A stretch of DNA of 64,000 nt from an uncultured delta proteobacterium. Lineage in GTDB: Bacteria > Desulfobacterota > Desulfobacteria > Desulfobacterales > JAHEIW01. The notes beneath the pieces were generated by a model that was not told the origin of the DNA, did not search any database, and saw nothing but the letters and a program-made list of their open reading frames with translations. Of the stretch, positions 35,401-45,968 are shown piece by piece. Made by a program: the position numbers and the translations under genes. The stretch covers positions 32,001-96,000 of the forward strand of contig CAVPNL010000002.1 of NCBI GenBank assembly GCA_963706575.1, written 5' to 3'. Every line of letters starts with the position of its first letter. The first letter of the stretch is position 1.

Positions 35401-35538
35401 TAGAAATGCCTAAAATCGTCTAAAATGAGCTTAAAATGCCTAAATTTATGGTTTCGCTCGCGCTCCATCTTTTATTATAAATATGATAGAATTCCCTAAT
35501 TTTAGGCATTTTAAATCATTTTTAATTTTAGCTCATTT
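35401..35538. repeat. Inverted nonamer-array element, copy 2
   Basis: Shares TCGCT(C)GCGCTCCATCTTTTATTATAAA core with copy 1; right arm overlaps the queH stop. Confidence 0.75.
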
Positions 35539-36060
35539 GAAAAAACGTTCTTTTTCACTGTAGATGCACCCGCAGTAATGCTGCCGGTACAGCCCCATTT
35601 GTTTTGAGCATTCGATGCCTTCCTTCCAGCCCTCCCGATAATCACGGTATAAAAACGGGACACCCACCGATTTGCCGATGGATTCTCCCATCGAGCGGAT
35701 AAGCTCATGTTGCTGGTGCTTGCTGTATAGCAGTGTCGAAGAGAAGTAATCGAATTTTCCGCGTTTGGCGAGCAGGGCCGTTGACCTCAGGCGGTCATGA
35801 TAGCAATAATTACAGCGCTCGGATTCCCGAAAGGCCACATTGCGGATAAATCCTTCCAGATCGTAGCCTTCCTGGTAAATGACCTTCAAATTGATCTGTT
35901 CGGCATAGGCTTCAAGGGCTTCCTGACGCCTTAAACATTCGGTGTAGGGATGAATGTTGTGGCGGTAAAAAAAGCCCATGACCTCAAGGCCCTCTTCTCG
36001 CATGTTATTGATCGGATATATGGCGCAGTTTGCGCAGCAGACGTGCAAAAGGACTTTCAT
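35533..36060 (-). CDS. queH: Epoxyqueuosine reductase QueH (DUF208)
   Basis: [33 protein letters not shown]. Confidence 0.88.
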   Translation of the reverse strand: MKVLLHVCCANCAIYPINNMREEGLEVMGFFYRHNIHPYTECLRRQEALEAYAEQINLKVIYQEGYDLEGFIRNVAFRESERCNYCYHDRLRSTALLAKRGKFDYFSSTLLYSKHQQHELIRSMGESIGKSVGVPFLYRDYREGWKEGIECSKQMGLYRQHYCGCIYSEKERFFK

Positions 36061-36742
36061 TGTCTTTCTCCAAATATCGCCGTGCCGATCCTCACCAGGG
36101 TGGCGCCCTCTTTGATGGCAACTTCAAAATCACCGGTCATACCCATAGACAGTTCGTCCAGGGATACATTGGGCAGCGATTGTTCTTTTATCTGATCCCG
36201 CAGTTTCACGCAGGGCGGCGAAAAACGGCCGGACTTTTTCCGGTTGGTAAAAATAGGGCGGCATGGTCATCAGGCCTTTAACGGCGAGGTTTTTCAACTG
36301 GCTGATCTCTGCAATCAGCCGGGGGGCCTCATCAGGTCGAGATTCCGGATTTGGTGTCCTCAGCGCTGATATTGACCTGCACCAGGATTTGCTGGATTTT
36401 ATCCACTTTTCCGGCCTGTTTGTCCAGTTCACGTGCCAGTTTGAGTGAATCGACCGAATGAATTAAATCAAAAAGCCTGACGGCATATTTGGCTTTGTTT
36501 GATTGCAGATGTCCGATAAAATGCCAGCTGACCGGATATTGAACCAGTGCTTTGAATTTATCGCGTGCTTCCTGGACGTAATTTTCGCCCAGAATGGTGA
36601 CACCGGCCTCGATGGCTTCTTTGACGATGTCAGCCGCAATGGTCTTGCTCACCGCCACCAGGCGAACGGAATCCGCATCCCGATTACAGGATTCGGCCGC
36701 CTGGCGAATTCGCTGTCTTATCTGTTCCAGTCGTTGTTTCAA
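36057..36742 (-). CDS. yggS: PLP homeostasis protein YggS (frameshifted)
   Basis: [39 protein letters not shown]. Confidence 0.92.
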
Positions 36743-36820
36743 TTTTAAGCCTCGTTAATCGAATTTTCTGCCAATAAAATAACACAATTTTACTGAATCA
36801 AAAACCGATCTCAAAAACGA

Positions 36821-36884
36821 ATCGTGGCTGGAAGCCACTCCCACAACGCATTGCAGCAGTGTGGGAGCGGCATATTGCCGCGAA
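36821..36884. repeat. REP doublet
   Basis: ATCGTGGCTGGAAGCCACTCCCAC-16 bp-GTGGGAGCGGCATATTGCCGCGA. Confidence 0.8.
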
Positions 36885-36942
36885 AAAGCTTCAGTACAAA
36901 GCTATTGGGCCTAATCCTGTCGCCGGCGGATTTAGATCGCTT

Positions 36943-37553
36943 CTAACGCTTTGTTGGATTAAGTCCGATGACCCCTTCCTGGGTCAGAAACTCAATCACC
37001 TCACACACCGGAAGACCGACGACATTGGTATAAGATCCGTTAATGCTTTTGACCAGAAAGGTCCCGATACCCTGAATGGCATAGGCACCGGCTTTGTCAA
37101 AAGGTTCGCCGGTTTGAATATACCAGTTCGATTTCTGCATCATTTAGCTTTTTAAAATGCACATCGGTTTTTACTGTTTCTGAAAAAAATCTATTTTTCT
37201 TTTTACAGCAAATACAATACCCGGTCAGCACCTGATGCGTTTTGCCGCTGAGGCGCTGAAGCATATCGTGGGCCTCTTCTTGTGGAACCGGGTTTACCCA
37301 GAATTTTGCGGTCGATGAGCACAATCGTGTCGGCTCCGATGACCCAGGCGGCCGGATGCTTTTGCGATATATCGAGCGCCTTTGATTCGGCCAGCGTGAT
37401 GACATAGGAATCCGGGTTAGACAACGCCACCGTACTTTCGTCAAAGTCACTTGGAATTACGGAAAATGTGAGCCCCGCCTGTTCTAGTAATTCGCTTCGC
37501 CGCGGGGATTTGGAGGCGAGAATTAACCTGGAACGATCATGCGGCGCATTCAT
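36943..37553 (-). CDS. maf: Maf-family nucleoside triphosphate pyrophosphatase (frameshifted)
   Basis: [41 protein letters not shown]. Confidence 0.92.
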
Positions 37554-37690
37554 GTTCAATCATTATCAGATGAAATACCGTTTGACAAGACGCAAGAAAT
37601 TAGAATAAATTAAATGAGTTAAATATTTTATGTTAGATTTGGTAAATTCAGACCTTTGACTTCGAAAACCTTTCTTTAAACAGGCCACCG

Positions 37691-39213
37691 ATGACTGAAG
37701 ATTCGACGGTAAAGTACCGAATACTGGCTGTTGACGATGATTCAGACGATTTTAGATCTGTATCGTCAGATTTTGAATTCAGATGCAAAAAGAGGCGGCT
37801 TTAAAGGCCGCATTTGAGGTCGATTGCTGCACCCAGGGCAGATGAAGCGGTTGAGGCTGTAAAACTCTCCCTTGAATTCAACCGATCCTATTGCAGTCAT
37901 TTTTCTGGATTTGAACCTGCCGCCCGGGCCCTGATGGAGAATGGACGGCAGAACAGATTCAGAAGCTGGATCCTTATACCAACATCGTACTGGTCAGCGG
38001 CTTTATGCGTGCCGGCCCGGAAAAATTGGTAAATCGGTCGGACGCTTCCGACAAGCTCCTGTACCTGCAAAAGCCGTTTCATCGGCAGGAAATTCTTCAA
38101 TTCGCAACTGCGTTGAGCGTAAAATGGCAGGCCGAAATCGAATTGCGCAATCTGCACCAGGAGATGGAGGGTTTGGTGGGCGAACGCACCAGATGCCCTG
38201 CTGCAAACCAACAAACAGCTGCGCAAGGAAATTGAATTCCGCCAGGAAACCGAAAAAGCGCTGCACATGAGCGAAGTTAATTTTCGCAACATGATTTACA
38301 ACAATGCCGACGGCATTCTGATCCTGGATGAAAATTCAATCGTGAAGTTCATGAACCCGGCGGCTGAAACCATTTTCGGAACCAAAGCCGAGCATTTTGT
38401 CGGTCAGAGCCTTCGAACACCTGATTATTCCGGGCAAACCCACCGAGCTGGATATTATTATCGGGGACGGCAAATCCGTTGTGGCTGAAATGCGGGTCAT
38501 GGAAACGGAATGGGAAGGGAAAAAGGCCTATCTGGCATCTTTGCGGGATATTACCGATCGCAAACACATGCAGCTAGCGGCTGCAGGTCAGTCTGGACAA
38601 CCTCAAAGAGGTGATGGACGGAACGATCCGCGCCATGGCACTGGCGGTCGAAATGCGAGACCCTTACACCTCGGGCCACCAGCACCGTGTGGCACAACTG
38701 GCCCAGGCCATCGCTGAGAGAAATCAGCCTGCCCGCTGACGATGTCGAAGGGGTTTATATGGCGGCTTCAATTCATGATATCGGTAAAATCTCGTTGCCG
38801 GCCGAGATCCTCAGCAAACCGGTAAAATTGACTGAAATCGAACGAAAAATGATCCAGGCACATTCAAAGGTGGGCTATGATATCTTAAATGGAATTGATT
38901 TTTCCTGGCCCATTGCCCAGATCGTGCTGCAGCACCATGAACGGATGGACGGTAGCGGGTATCCCCATGGACTCGGCGGAAAAGAGATTTTGATCGGGGC
39001 ACGAATTGTCGGTGTAGCCGATGTGGTTGAAACCATGGCATCTCACCGGCCTTACCGGCCCGCCATCGGGCTGGACAAGGCGCTGGACAGAAGTTTTTAA
39101 AAACAGGGGCAGGCTCTATGATGAAAAGGTGGTAAATGCCTGTCTGACGACTTTTTAACGAAAAAGGCTTCGAATTCCCGGAACCCCAACATTTATTATC
39201 CGCCAATTCCTGA
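37691..39213 (+). CDS. Receiver + PAS + HD-GYP signalling protein (many frameshifts)
   Basis: RILAVDD, YLQKPF, NPAAE.IFG, RDITDRK, HDIGK, HHERMDGSGYP, HRPYRP. Confidence 0.82.
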
Positions 39214-39255
39214 AATATTACCCGAATGAAGCGAAAATAGTTAATTCGACTTTTC

Positions 39256-39318
39256 TTCGTGGCTAAAAGCCACTCCCACATCGCATACGAACTTGTGGGA
39301 GCGGCATCTTGCCGCGAT
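39256..39318. repeat. REP doublet
   Basis: TTCGTGGCTAAAAGCCACTCCCAC-15 bp-GTGGGAGCGGCATCTTGCCGCGAT. Confidence 0.8.
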
Positions 39319-39336
39319 ATTCTACGGCCACGTTAA

Positions 39337-39520
39337 TAGAACTCATCTCAAAAATAGGATTTTGGTTCAAGATCGCGGCGGGGTGACTATCCAGCGTTCT
39401 GGATTCCCGCGCAGGCGAGGATATCTTGCTGTGAGTCGAACCGGACTCCCGCCTGACGGCGAGATGACAATCATTTAGCAACAGATATTGGGCCAAAAGA
39501 CATTTTTGAGATGGGTTCTA
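39337..39520 (+). mobile_element. Hairpin element with type II termini and a different interior (184 bp)
   Basis: TAGAACTCATCTCAAAAAT..TTGGTTCAA...TTGGGCCAA..ATTTTTGAGATGGGTTCTA. Confidence 0.75.
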
Positions 39521-39602
39521 AAAAGATTTAATTAAGCGCGTACGCTCAATTAAATCTTGAAAACCCGTTTCATTTCAGGTATCAGAGCACTTAATCCAAA
39601 AT

Positions 39603-39690
39603 GCCCGGGTGGCGGAAATGGTAGACGCAAGGGACTTAAAATCCCTCGGTACTAAGTGCCGTGCCGGTTCAATTCCGGCCCCGGGCACCA
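39603..39690 (+). tRNA. trnL: tRNA-Leu (anticodon TAA), long variable arm, encoded CCA
   Basis: GCCCGGG acceptor stem, AGGGA-CTTAAAA-TCCCT anticodon arm, GGTTCAATTCC T arm. Confidence 0.97.
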
Positions 39691-39694
39691 ATAA

Positions 39695-39738
39695 AATAAA
39701 GGGTTTAGAAGAATCCATCTAAACCCTTTATTGTTTTT
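39695..39738 (+). terminator. Perfect 15-bp inverted repeat after the tRNA
   Basis: AATAAAGGGTTTAGA-N8-TCTAAACCCTTTATT then GTTTTT. Confidence 0.7.
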
Positions 39739-39905
39739 AACATCAATTTTCTTCGTATTTATCCCCATCTTGTCCCCAACAAACGACGGTTGCATAGAAG
39801 ATTTTTGACAGAGAATCGCTATTCTGATAGATAAAAATCGTTTCTATCTTCTTATCCAAATAATAGCAAGCGGATAACCCGATGGAGGTTTTCATGAGCT
39901 GAATT

Positions 39906-39945
39906 AGAACCCCACTTCTCTATGAGAAATGGGGTTTTTATTTTT
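39906..39945 (+). terminator. Intrinsic terminator
   Basis: AACCCCACTTCTC-TAT-GAGAAATGGGGTT + T-tract. Confidence 0.65.
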
Positions 39946-39979
39946 CGAACCTCTCAATATATAAGAATGAGGAACAAAA

Positions 39980-40342
39980 ATGGACAGTGATCAAGCGCTG
40001 TTTTCCGAACACTATGCAGCCGCTCAATCATTGAAGAGTCCCTGGACTCGGATGGCAAGCACTTATGGCTGCATAATGGTTGTTTTGTCCAGAAAAATGT
40101 TGACGATAAAGCCCCATTGGTTTGCAAAATGGGCGATACGTTTACTTGCCCTGGATCTAAATCACGAGATACCTATCACCAATGTCAAAAGTGTAACGAA
40201 GAAGGGAAAATGCTTTGGCTATGGCAAAATCGAATTGCATTTTGTGACCATACACGGAGAAAACCAAAAAATATTGCTATACCTGAAAAAATATCAGGAA
40301 TTTGTTGATAAGACAGAAAGGGAATGCAGGAAGATGCACTGA
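39980..40342 (+). CDS. Hypothetical protein
   Basis: Intact 120-aa ORF with GAGGA RBS. Confidence 0.65.
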   Translation: MDSDQALFSEHYAAAQSLKSPWTRMASTYGCIMVVLSRKMLTIKPHWFAKWAIRLLALDLNHEIPITNVKSVTKKGKCFGYGKIELHFVTIHGENQKILLYLKKYQEFVDKTERECRKMH

Positions 40343-40604
40343 AATGGTTTGTGATATTCTGGCATATCACAAGTTGCCTGTTTTAGTGATATTCTCATCT
40401 GCAATTTTTAGATTATTGCCGGAACACAATATGCAGGGCATCCCATAATTCATAAACATCAACACTATCTATTGTATACTTCTCTGGTGAACTCAAAATG
40501 GTTACGGCATACCTTGGTAAAAATGTAGGCGTTTTGATATGTTGACCTTTAATGGACACTATTGGCAATATTCTTCACTTTGACATCATGCATTTTGCGG
40601 TATT

Positions 40605-41855
40605 ATGGACTCAATAACAGCATCATCTAAACCGAATATGGTCGGTTGGATACTATTAGCAAATATATTGCTATCTCTTGCCCTTGGATGCAGTATTCCT
40701 TCCAATGGACCACAGAAAACATTAACTCCAGAATTTATTGAACAAGGTGTTTATGGCAAATCAAAGAAGTACCTTAAGAACGGCCTATCAGTTGTTTATC
40801 TAACAGGAACCCCCTATGAAATTGGATTAGCCCATGGGAAACTCTGTAAAAAAGAGATAGAAGAATTAAATGCAAGATTTTTCAATCTATTTGATCGCTT
40901 TGCCAAAGATCCTCATAATAGATGGATTGAATTATCGAGACAACTCGAAAAAAATATTCCAAAAGAATACATTGATGAGATGCGTGGTATTTCGGATGGT
41001 TCAAGTATTGAGTACAATAAGATCCTGTTTGCCAATACATTGTCCACAATTTCAATGAAGGATTCATGTTTGGCCTTTGCATTTCAGAACTCCAATTCAG
41101 AAATCATTACCCTTCGACAAGATGATGAGTTTAAAAACACTGATTTTCACCGTAAGATGATTTTGTTCATAATAAAACCGGAGAAAGGGATAGGGTTTGC
41201 CGCTATAATTACACCAGGATGGATTGATGGAGAGACAGGCATCAACGAAAAGGGGATTACAGTTTCACAGAACAATATAGGGATTAAGCAAAAAGAGTGG
41301 GATGTTATGCCGATCACCGTATTGTCCAGATACATGCTACAGTATTCTAAAACAATCGATGAGATTGACCGGCTGCTTGATGAGCAGCACGCATATCCGG
41401 GCCGATTGATATTCGTATCAAGCAGAGATGGAGCTTCTGTGTTTGAGTTCGCTAATACAGAAAAAGCCAGAATCAATATGAAGAACGGATTTCTTGCTTT
41501 ATCGAATCATGCGAGGGTGATTCCATCTCGGAGGTCAGATGGTAGTTCTGTGAAGCGGCTTTCCATACTTGAGGAATTCTTGACTGAGAATGGCGATAAA
41601 ATGAGTATCGAAAAAGCCATTGAACTTGCTAGAACACCTTACCTTTCACGCGACAATTTCTGGGACAGGCTGCGAGTTCATAACAGACAGGCCTACGTCT
41701 TTTCGCCCAGAACGCTCAATTTCTGGATAGCTCGTCCACCATCAAATAACAATAAACCAGCATGCTATGGGTCATATGCCGGTTTCAATTTGATTCAGGA
41801 ACTATACGGCTCTGGGCAAGATCCAAGTCCCAAATCTTTTCCTGCGTATAAGTAA
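40605..41855 (+). CDS. C45-family (AAT-like) Ntn-hydrolase, probable lipoprotein
   Basis: LALGC lipobox, GTPYEIGLAHG, EMRGISDG, DSC nucleophile, GINEKG, SNH. Confidence 0.83.
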   Translation: MDSITASSKPNMVGWILLANILLSLALGCSIPSNGPQKTLTPEFIEQGVYGKSKKYLKNGLSVVYLTGTPYEIGLAHGKLCKKEIEELNARFFNLFDRFAKDPHNRWIELSRQLEKNIPKEYIDEMRGISDGSSIEYNKILFANTLSTISMKDSCLAFAFQNSNSEIITLRQDDEFKNTDFHRKMILFIIKPEKGIGFAAIITPGWIDGETGINEKGITVSQNNIGIKQKEWDVMPITVLSRYMLQYSKTIDEIDRLLDEQHAYPGRLIFVSSRDGASVFEFANTEKARINMKNGFLALSNHARVIPSRRSDGSSVKRLSILEEFLTENGDKMSIEKAIELARTPYLSRDNFWDRLRVHNRQAYVFSPRTLNFWIARPPSNNNKPACYGSYAGFNLIQELYGSGQDPSPKSFPAYK

Positions 41856-42341
41856 AAAATGCGACCATTAGTCCTCGGTCCAGGTGGCGTACCTCATATA
41901 CTATAATGCGGATTATTGTCCTCATGGGTGATGCAGTTAGAAAGCGTGGATCTTTATATAAAGTCCACGCTTTTCTAATTTTATATGGGGACACAAGATA
42001 TTGGGGTGGCGGACTCTAACTTTAAACTGGGATGCTCCAACATATCAGTACTTTTGGAAACCTGAAAAACCTGTGATATTCGATTTTAATCACAACTCAA
42101 AAGGGTGAATCCGGGCCTATAGTACGCCGGGGGACTTACCTGCCCACTGACCGCTGTCCGCTTTACTCTAAACGAAGACGGAGACTTCAGCGAAGAGAGA
42201 TCCTCCAGGAGTCACTTCGTCAATACCTCCCACAATTTTGCCGTCGTAGAGGCAGTTCTCAATTTCTTGCCTGCCTGTAGCAGGAATGCTAAAATAAGGA
42301 AACAATTGAATTTTGAATTGGAAGCGCAAGGTATTGGTACA

Positions 42342-42878
42342 ATGGTAAAATGCCCGAGATGCAACCTCGAACAAGAAGATTCAGCTCAATGCGAGTATTG
42401 CGGTCTTGTTTTTGAAACGCTTGGGGACTCAACCCCTGCCGCAAAGGCCGTACAACCGAAACGGGCTGTGTTGTTTGCCATTATTCTGGTTGTAGCAGGG
42501 GCCCTGGTTGCCGGTTATTTATTTATTTCCGATCAAAACAAATCCGGCGAAAAATCCACAAGCGTTAAGCGTTCAAGCGATTTTGCCCTAACAGCCGACG
42601 AAAATGATCTCAAGACAGTGGCAAAAGAATTATCCGGTGATGTCGGTCTCTTAAACGACCTTACGGGCGGATATACAAAGGGCAGCATTATAGCGATGAT
42701 CATTTTCAGCATCATCGGGCTTGGTTATTTTACTTATGGGAAAAAGAGCCAACAATTTTTAATGCTCCTCTGTGGCATCGCTCTCATGGGATATTCTTAT
42801 TTTGTGGACGGCACCGGCTATATTATTTTGATCGGGGTAGGCCTGAGTGTGATTCCCTTTATTATTGGCAGAAAATAG
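42342..42878 (+). CDS. Zinc-ribbon membrane protein
   Basis: CPRC...CEYCGLVF; several TM; GLGYFTYGKK. Confidence 0.72.
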   Translation: MVKCPRCNLEQEDSAQCEYCGLVFETLGDSTPAAKAVQPKRAVLFAIILVVAGALVAGYLFISDQNKSGEKSTSVKRSSDFALTADENDLKTVAKELSGDVGLLNDLTGGYTKGSIIAMIIFSIIGLGYFTYGKKSQQFLMLLCGIALMGYSYFVDGTGYIILIGVGLSVIPFIIGRK

Positions 42879-42927
42879 GGGGCTTTGATAACCATCAAGG
42901 CTTTCATTTTTATCGGCAGGGCGGGTT

Positions 42928-44403
42928 TTAAATCTCCTCGGTTTGAAGTCTATTGAACATTGAATATTGCTCAAACAGCTTTATAAGCTCTTCTTTTAAG
43001 GCGTTGGCATTATCCACCGCCTTCAAATATTCGGTTTTGAGCGAATTGATATGATCCACGGCTGACAAATACTCTTCACGGAATGTTATGACTCCCTTCT
43101 CAATATTCCGCTCATATTCATCTTTCAGTGAGTTAAACCCGGTTTTCAGCGTTAATGAATACTCCTCCTTCACGGAACTCAGCTTTTCAAGGGCCTTTTC
43201 ATATTCGCTCCTTAATCTGTCAGTCCATTTCTCACCAGCAAACAAGTATTGACTCTGAAGTTCCTGTAGTAATTCCTTTACGGATATAATATTATCTATC
43301 CTAAAAGCATTGCTCCCGGCAAAAGCAAAACCTTTATCCATAATCCCTTTTCGGGCGTTATCAAGCGCCAGGGAAATGCAATAGCGGGCGGTCTTGAGAT
43401 CACAGCTTTTGAGGCACTTCCAGGCGCATTTGATTTTCATTTTTTTCCCGGACGATACATCCTTTAAAAAGCGGCTCTTGATGGCCCGGCCCGGCATGCC
43501 GACAGGGCTCTTGATAATTTCGATATCATCCTCACTGCAGGCAACATATGACTCTTTGAATCTGATATCGGCGTCACATTCATGTGTGGCCACGAATCTT
43601 GTGCCCATCTGGACACCGCTGGCCCCAAGTTTGAAAACGTTATAAATATCAGTGCCCGTAAAAACGCCGCCGGCCGCAATTACGGGGATGGTTCTGCGGA
43701 ATTTTTTCTCATAACTTTTTACCGCGGCAACAACCTGGGGCAAAATATGCTCGAGTGCAAAATCAGGATCATCGATTTGTTCCGCTTTAAATCCCAGATG
43801 TCCCCCTGCTTTTGGCCCTTCCACAACAACCGCATCGGGGATATCCTCATATCTTTTTAACCAGGAACTGAAGATAAGGCGGGCTGCTCTGGCAGAGCTT
43901 ACAATTGGAACCACTTTGACCCCCGCTGATCTGAAATCCTCAACCGGAATCCCCTTAATCGGCAGTCCGGCTCCGAGGAAAACCATATCGACCTTTTCTT
44001 CGATTGCGACCGTGAGAAGCGCATGAAAATCGTGCACGGCTACCATAATATTGACGCCAATGATTCCCGAGCTCATTTCTTTTGCCTTTCTGATCTCTTT
44101 TCTTAAGGCAATGACATTGGCATCTTTATGAGTGGCATAATATTCAGGGTCAAGCATCCCGATTGAATTTGCGGCGATTACGCCGATACCGCCTTCATTC
44201 GCAACCGCGGAAGCCAGCCCTGAAAGAGATATCCCAACTCCCATTCCGCCCTGAACAATGGGGAGTTTTGCAACAGAATCACCGATTCTCAGCTTAGGCA
44301 TTCTTGACCACTGGATTTTCGAAAAATCAAATCTGGGCCATTCTATTTCACTGAAATCTATTTTTGGTATCTGCAATTTTGATAACATACTAAAATCCAT
44401 CAA
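42928..44403 (-). CDS. Nitronate monooxygenase/FabK-like flavoprotein with terminal extensions
   Basis: PIVQGGMGVGIS, EGPKAGGHLG, VIAAGG, VQMGTRF, SPVGMPGRA. Confidence 0.88.
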   Translation of the reverse strand: MMDFSMLSKLQIPKIDFSEIEWPRFDFSKIQWSRMPKLRIGDSVAKLPIVQGGMGVGISLSGLASAVANEGGIGVIAANSIGMLDPEYYATHKDANVIALRKEIRKAKEMSSGIIGVNIMVAVHDFHALLTVAIEEKVDMVFLGAGLPIKGIPVEDFRSAGVKVVPIVSSARAARLIFSSWLKRYEDIPDAVVVEGPKAGGHLGFKAEQIDDPDFALEHILPQVVAAVKSYEKKFRRTIPVIAAGGVFTGTDIYNVFKLGASGVQMGTRFVATHECDADIRFKESYVACSEDDIEIIKSPVGMPGRAIKSRFLKDVSSGKKMKIKCAWKCLKSCDLKTARYCISLALDNARKGIMDKGFAFAGSNAFRIDNIISVKELLQELQSQYLFAGEKWTDRLRSEYEKALEKLSSVKEEYSLTLKTGFNSLKDEYERNIEKGVITFREEYLSAVDHINSLKTEYLKAVDNANALKEELIKLFEQYSMFNRLQTEEI

Positions 44404-45079
44404 TTAATGTTCCTTTCCGGAAAGAAAACACATATGTGGCTGTCTTTGTCGGCCACAAGAGGGCGAGTTTATGATAGTTAGGCCTGTATGTCAAGGATGC
44501 ATATAAAGCCGGGCGTTCGATGCAGATATACTTGATTATCTAATGGGTTAAACGTGCATTTTTGACATTACCCTATAGTATACCACAATTTTATTAAGAT
44601 ATCATTTTCATCTCATCGGTTTTCACTTTGCTTGAACTGATTAAAAATAAGGATCCGGGCTCACGGCTCACGCAAGAAGCAGAATTTTACCTTAAACCTT
44701 AATATATTTAGGTGCTCTCAGTACAAAAGGCAACAAAAGGCGCCGTTTGCGAAAAAGTCGTTTATACGAGCATACACGTTCCTGTGTGGGCATTTTTGAG
44801 CCAATTCAATAAACGCTCTAAATACTCATAAAAATAGTTGTGAATTCCGACCTGGGTCTTTAAATCCTTTGTAGTTCAAACAGGTTACCAATGGAGCCCT
44901 AACGAGATCCGGTGGGCTGGATTCGATTCTGGTCTTGGGTACCCTATCTTAACGCCTTCAGAAATTTAATTCTGAAGGCATTTTTTAATACAAAACTTGT
45001 TTTTTGTAGTTGAGTGCCAATAGTATGAAAAAGATTTTCGGGAGATTTTGCAAAATGGGGGCACAAGAGGAGGTTTGAA

Positions 45080-45937
45080 ATGAGATGGAGAACCGGGAGG
45101 AGAAGCCGCAACATTGAAGATCGGCGCAGAATTCGGGTGACGCGCAAAGCCGCAGGCGGGGGCATCGGGATCATTGTTATTGCCCTCATCGCCATGTACT
45201 TCGGAGTCGATCCCACCGTAATTTTAAATCAGCAGAGTCCGACTACCAGCAGTGTGTCCACGCACACAACCTCAAAACCGATTTCCCCTGCTGATAACCA
45301 GCTGGCTGATTTCGTATCCGTGGTGCTGGCTGATACCGAAGACACCTGGCGCGCCCTGTTCAACAAAATGGGCAAAACCTATCGGGAACCCAATCTGGTG
45401 CTGTTTTCAGGTGCGGTCGAATCCGCCTGCGGCTACGCTCAGGCAGCGATGGGACCTTTTTATTGTCCTGCCGACCAGAAGGTCTATATTGACCTGAGCT
45501 TTTACCAGGATTTAAAAAACCGCCATGGAGCACCGGGGGATTTCGCCCAGGCCTATGTGATTGCCCATGAAATCGGGCATCACGTTCAGACGCTGCTGGG
45601 GATTTCCGAAAAAGTACACACGGCGCGCAGACGCCTCAACCAGGTGGAAGGCAATAAGCTTTCGGTATTGCAGGAATTGCAGGCCGATTGCTTTTCAGGT
45701 GTCTGGGCCCATCATGCCAATCGTGCCCGGCAGATTCTGGAAGAAGGGGATATCGAAGAAGCCTTAAATGCTGCCAGCGCCATCGGAGATGACCGCCTGC
45801 AGCGCAGGGGCAGGGGATATGTCACCCCGGATTCTTTTACCCACGGCAGTTCCAGACAGCGCGTGAGCTGGTTTAAGCAGGGACTTGAGACCGGTGACAT
45901 CCTGGATTGCAACACTTTCCGAGCGGATAATCTGTAA
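45080..45937 (+). CDS. ypfJ: YpfJ-like neutral zinc metallopeptidase
   Basis: GPFYCPAD, AHEIGHHVQ, ELQADC, IGDD, FTHGSS. Confidence 0.9.
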   Translation: MRWRTGRRSRNIEDRRRIRVTRKAAGGGIGIIVIALIAMYFGVDPTVILNQQSPTTSSVSTHTTSKPISPADNQLADFVSVVLADTEDTWRALFNKMGKTYREPNLVLFSGAVESACGYAQAAMGPFYCPADQKVYIDLSFYQDLKNRHGAPGDFAQAYVIAHEIGHHVQTLLGISEKVHTARRRLNQVEGNKLSVLQELQADCFSGVWAHHANRARQILEEGDIEEALNAASAIGDDRLQRRGRGYVTPDSFTHGSSRQRVSWFKQGLETGDILDCNTFRADNL

Positions 45938-45968
45938 ACACGAAATGCTTCGGGTCCTGTTTCGTGAA

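Noticed and set aside
42100..42270. Possible gene remnant on the minus strand
   Set aside because: No recognisable motif in any frame; cannot be supported
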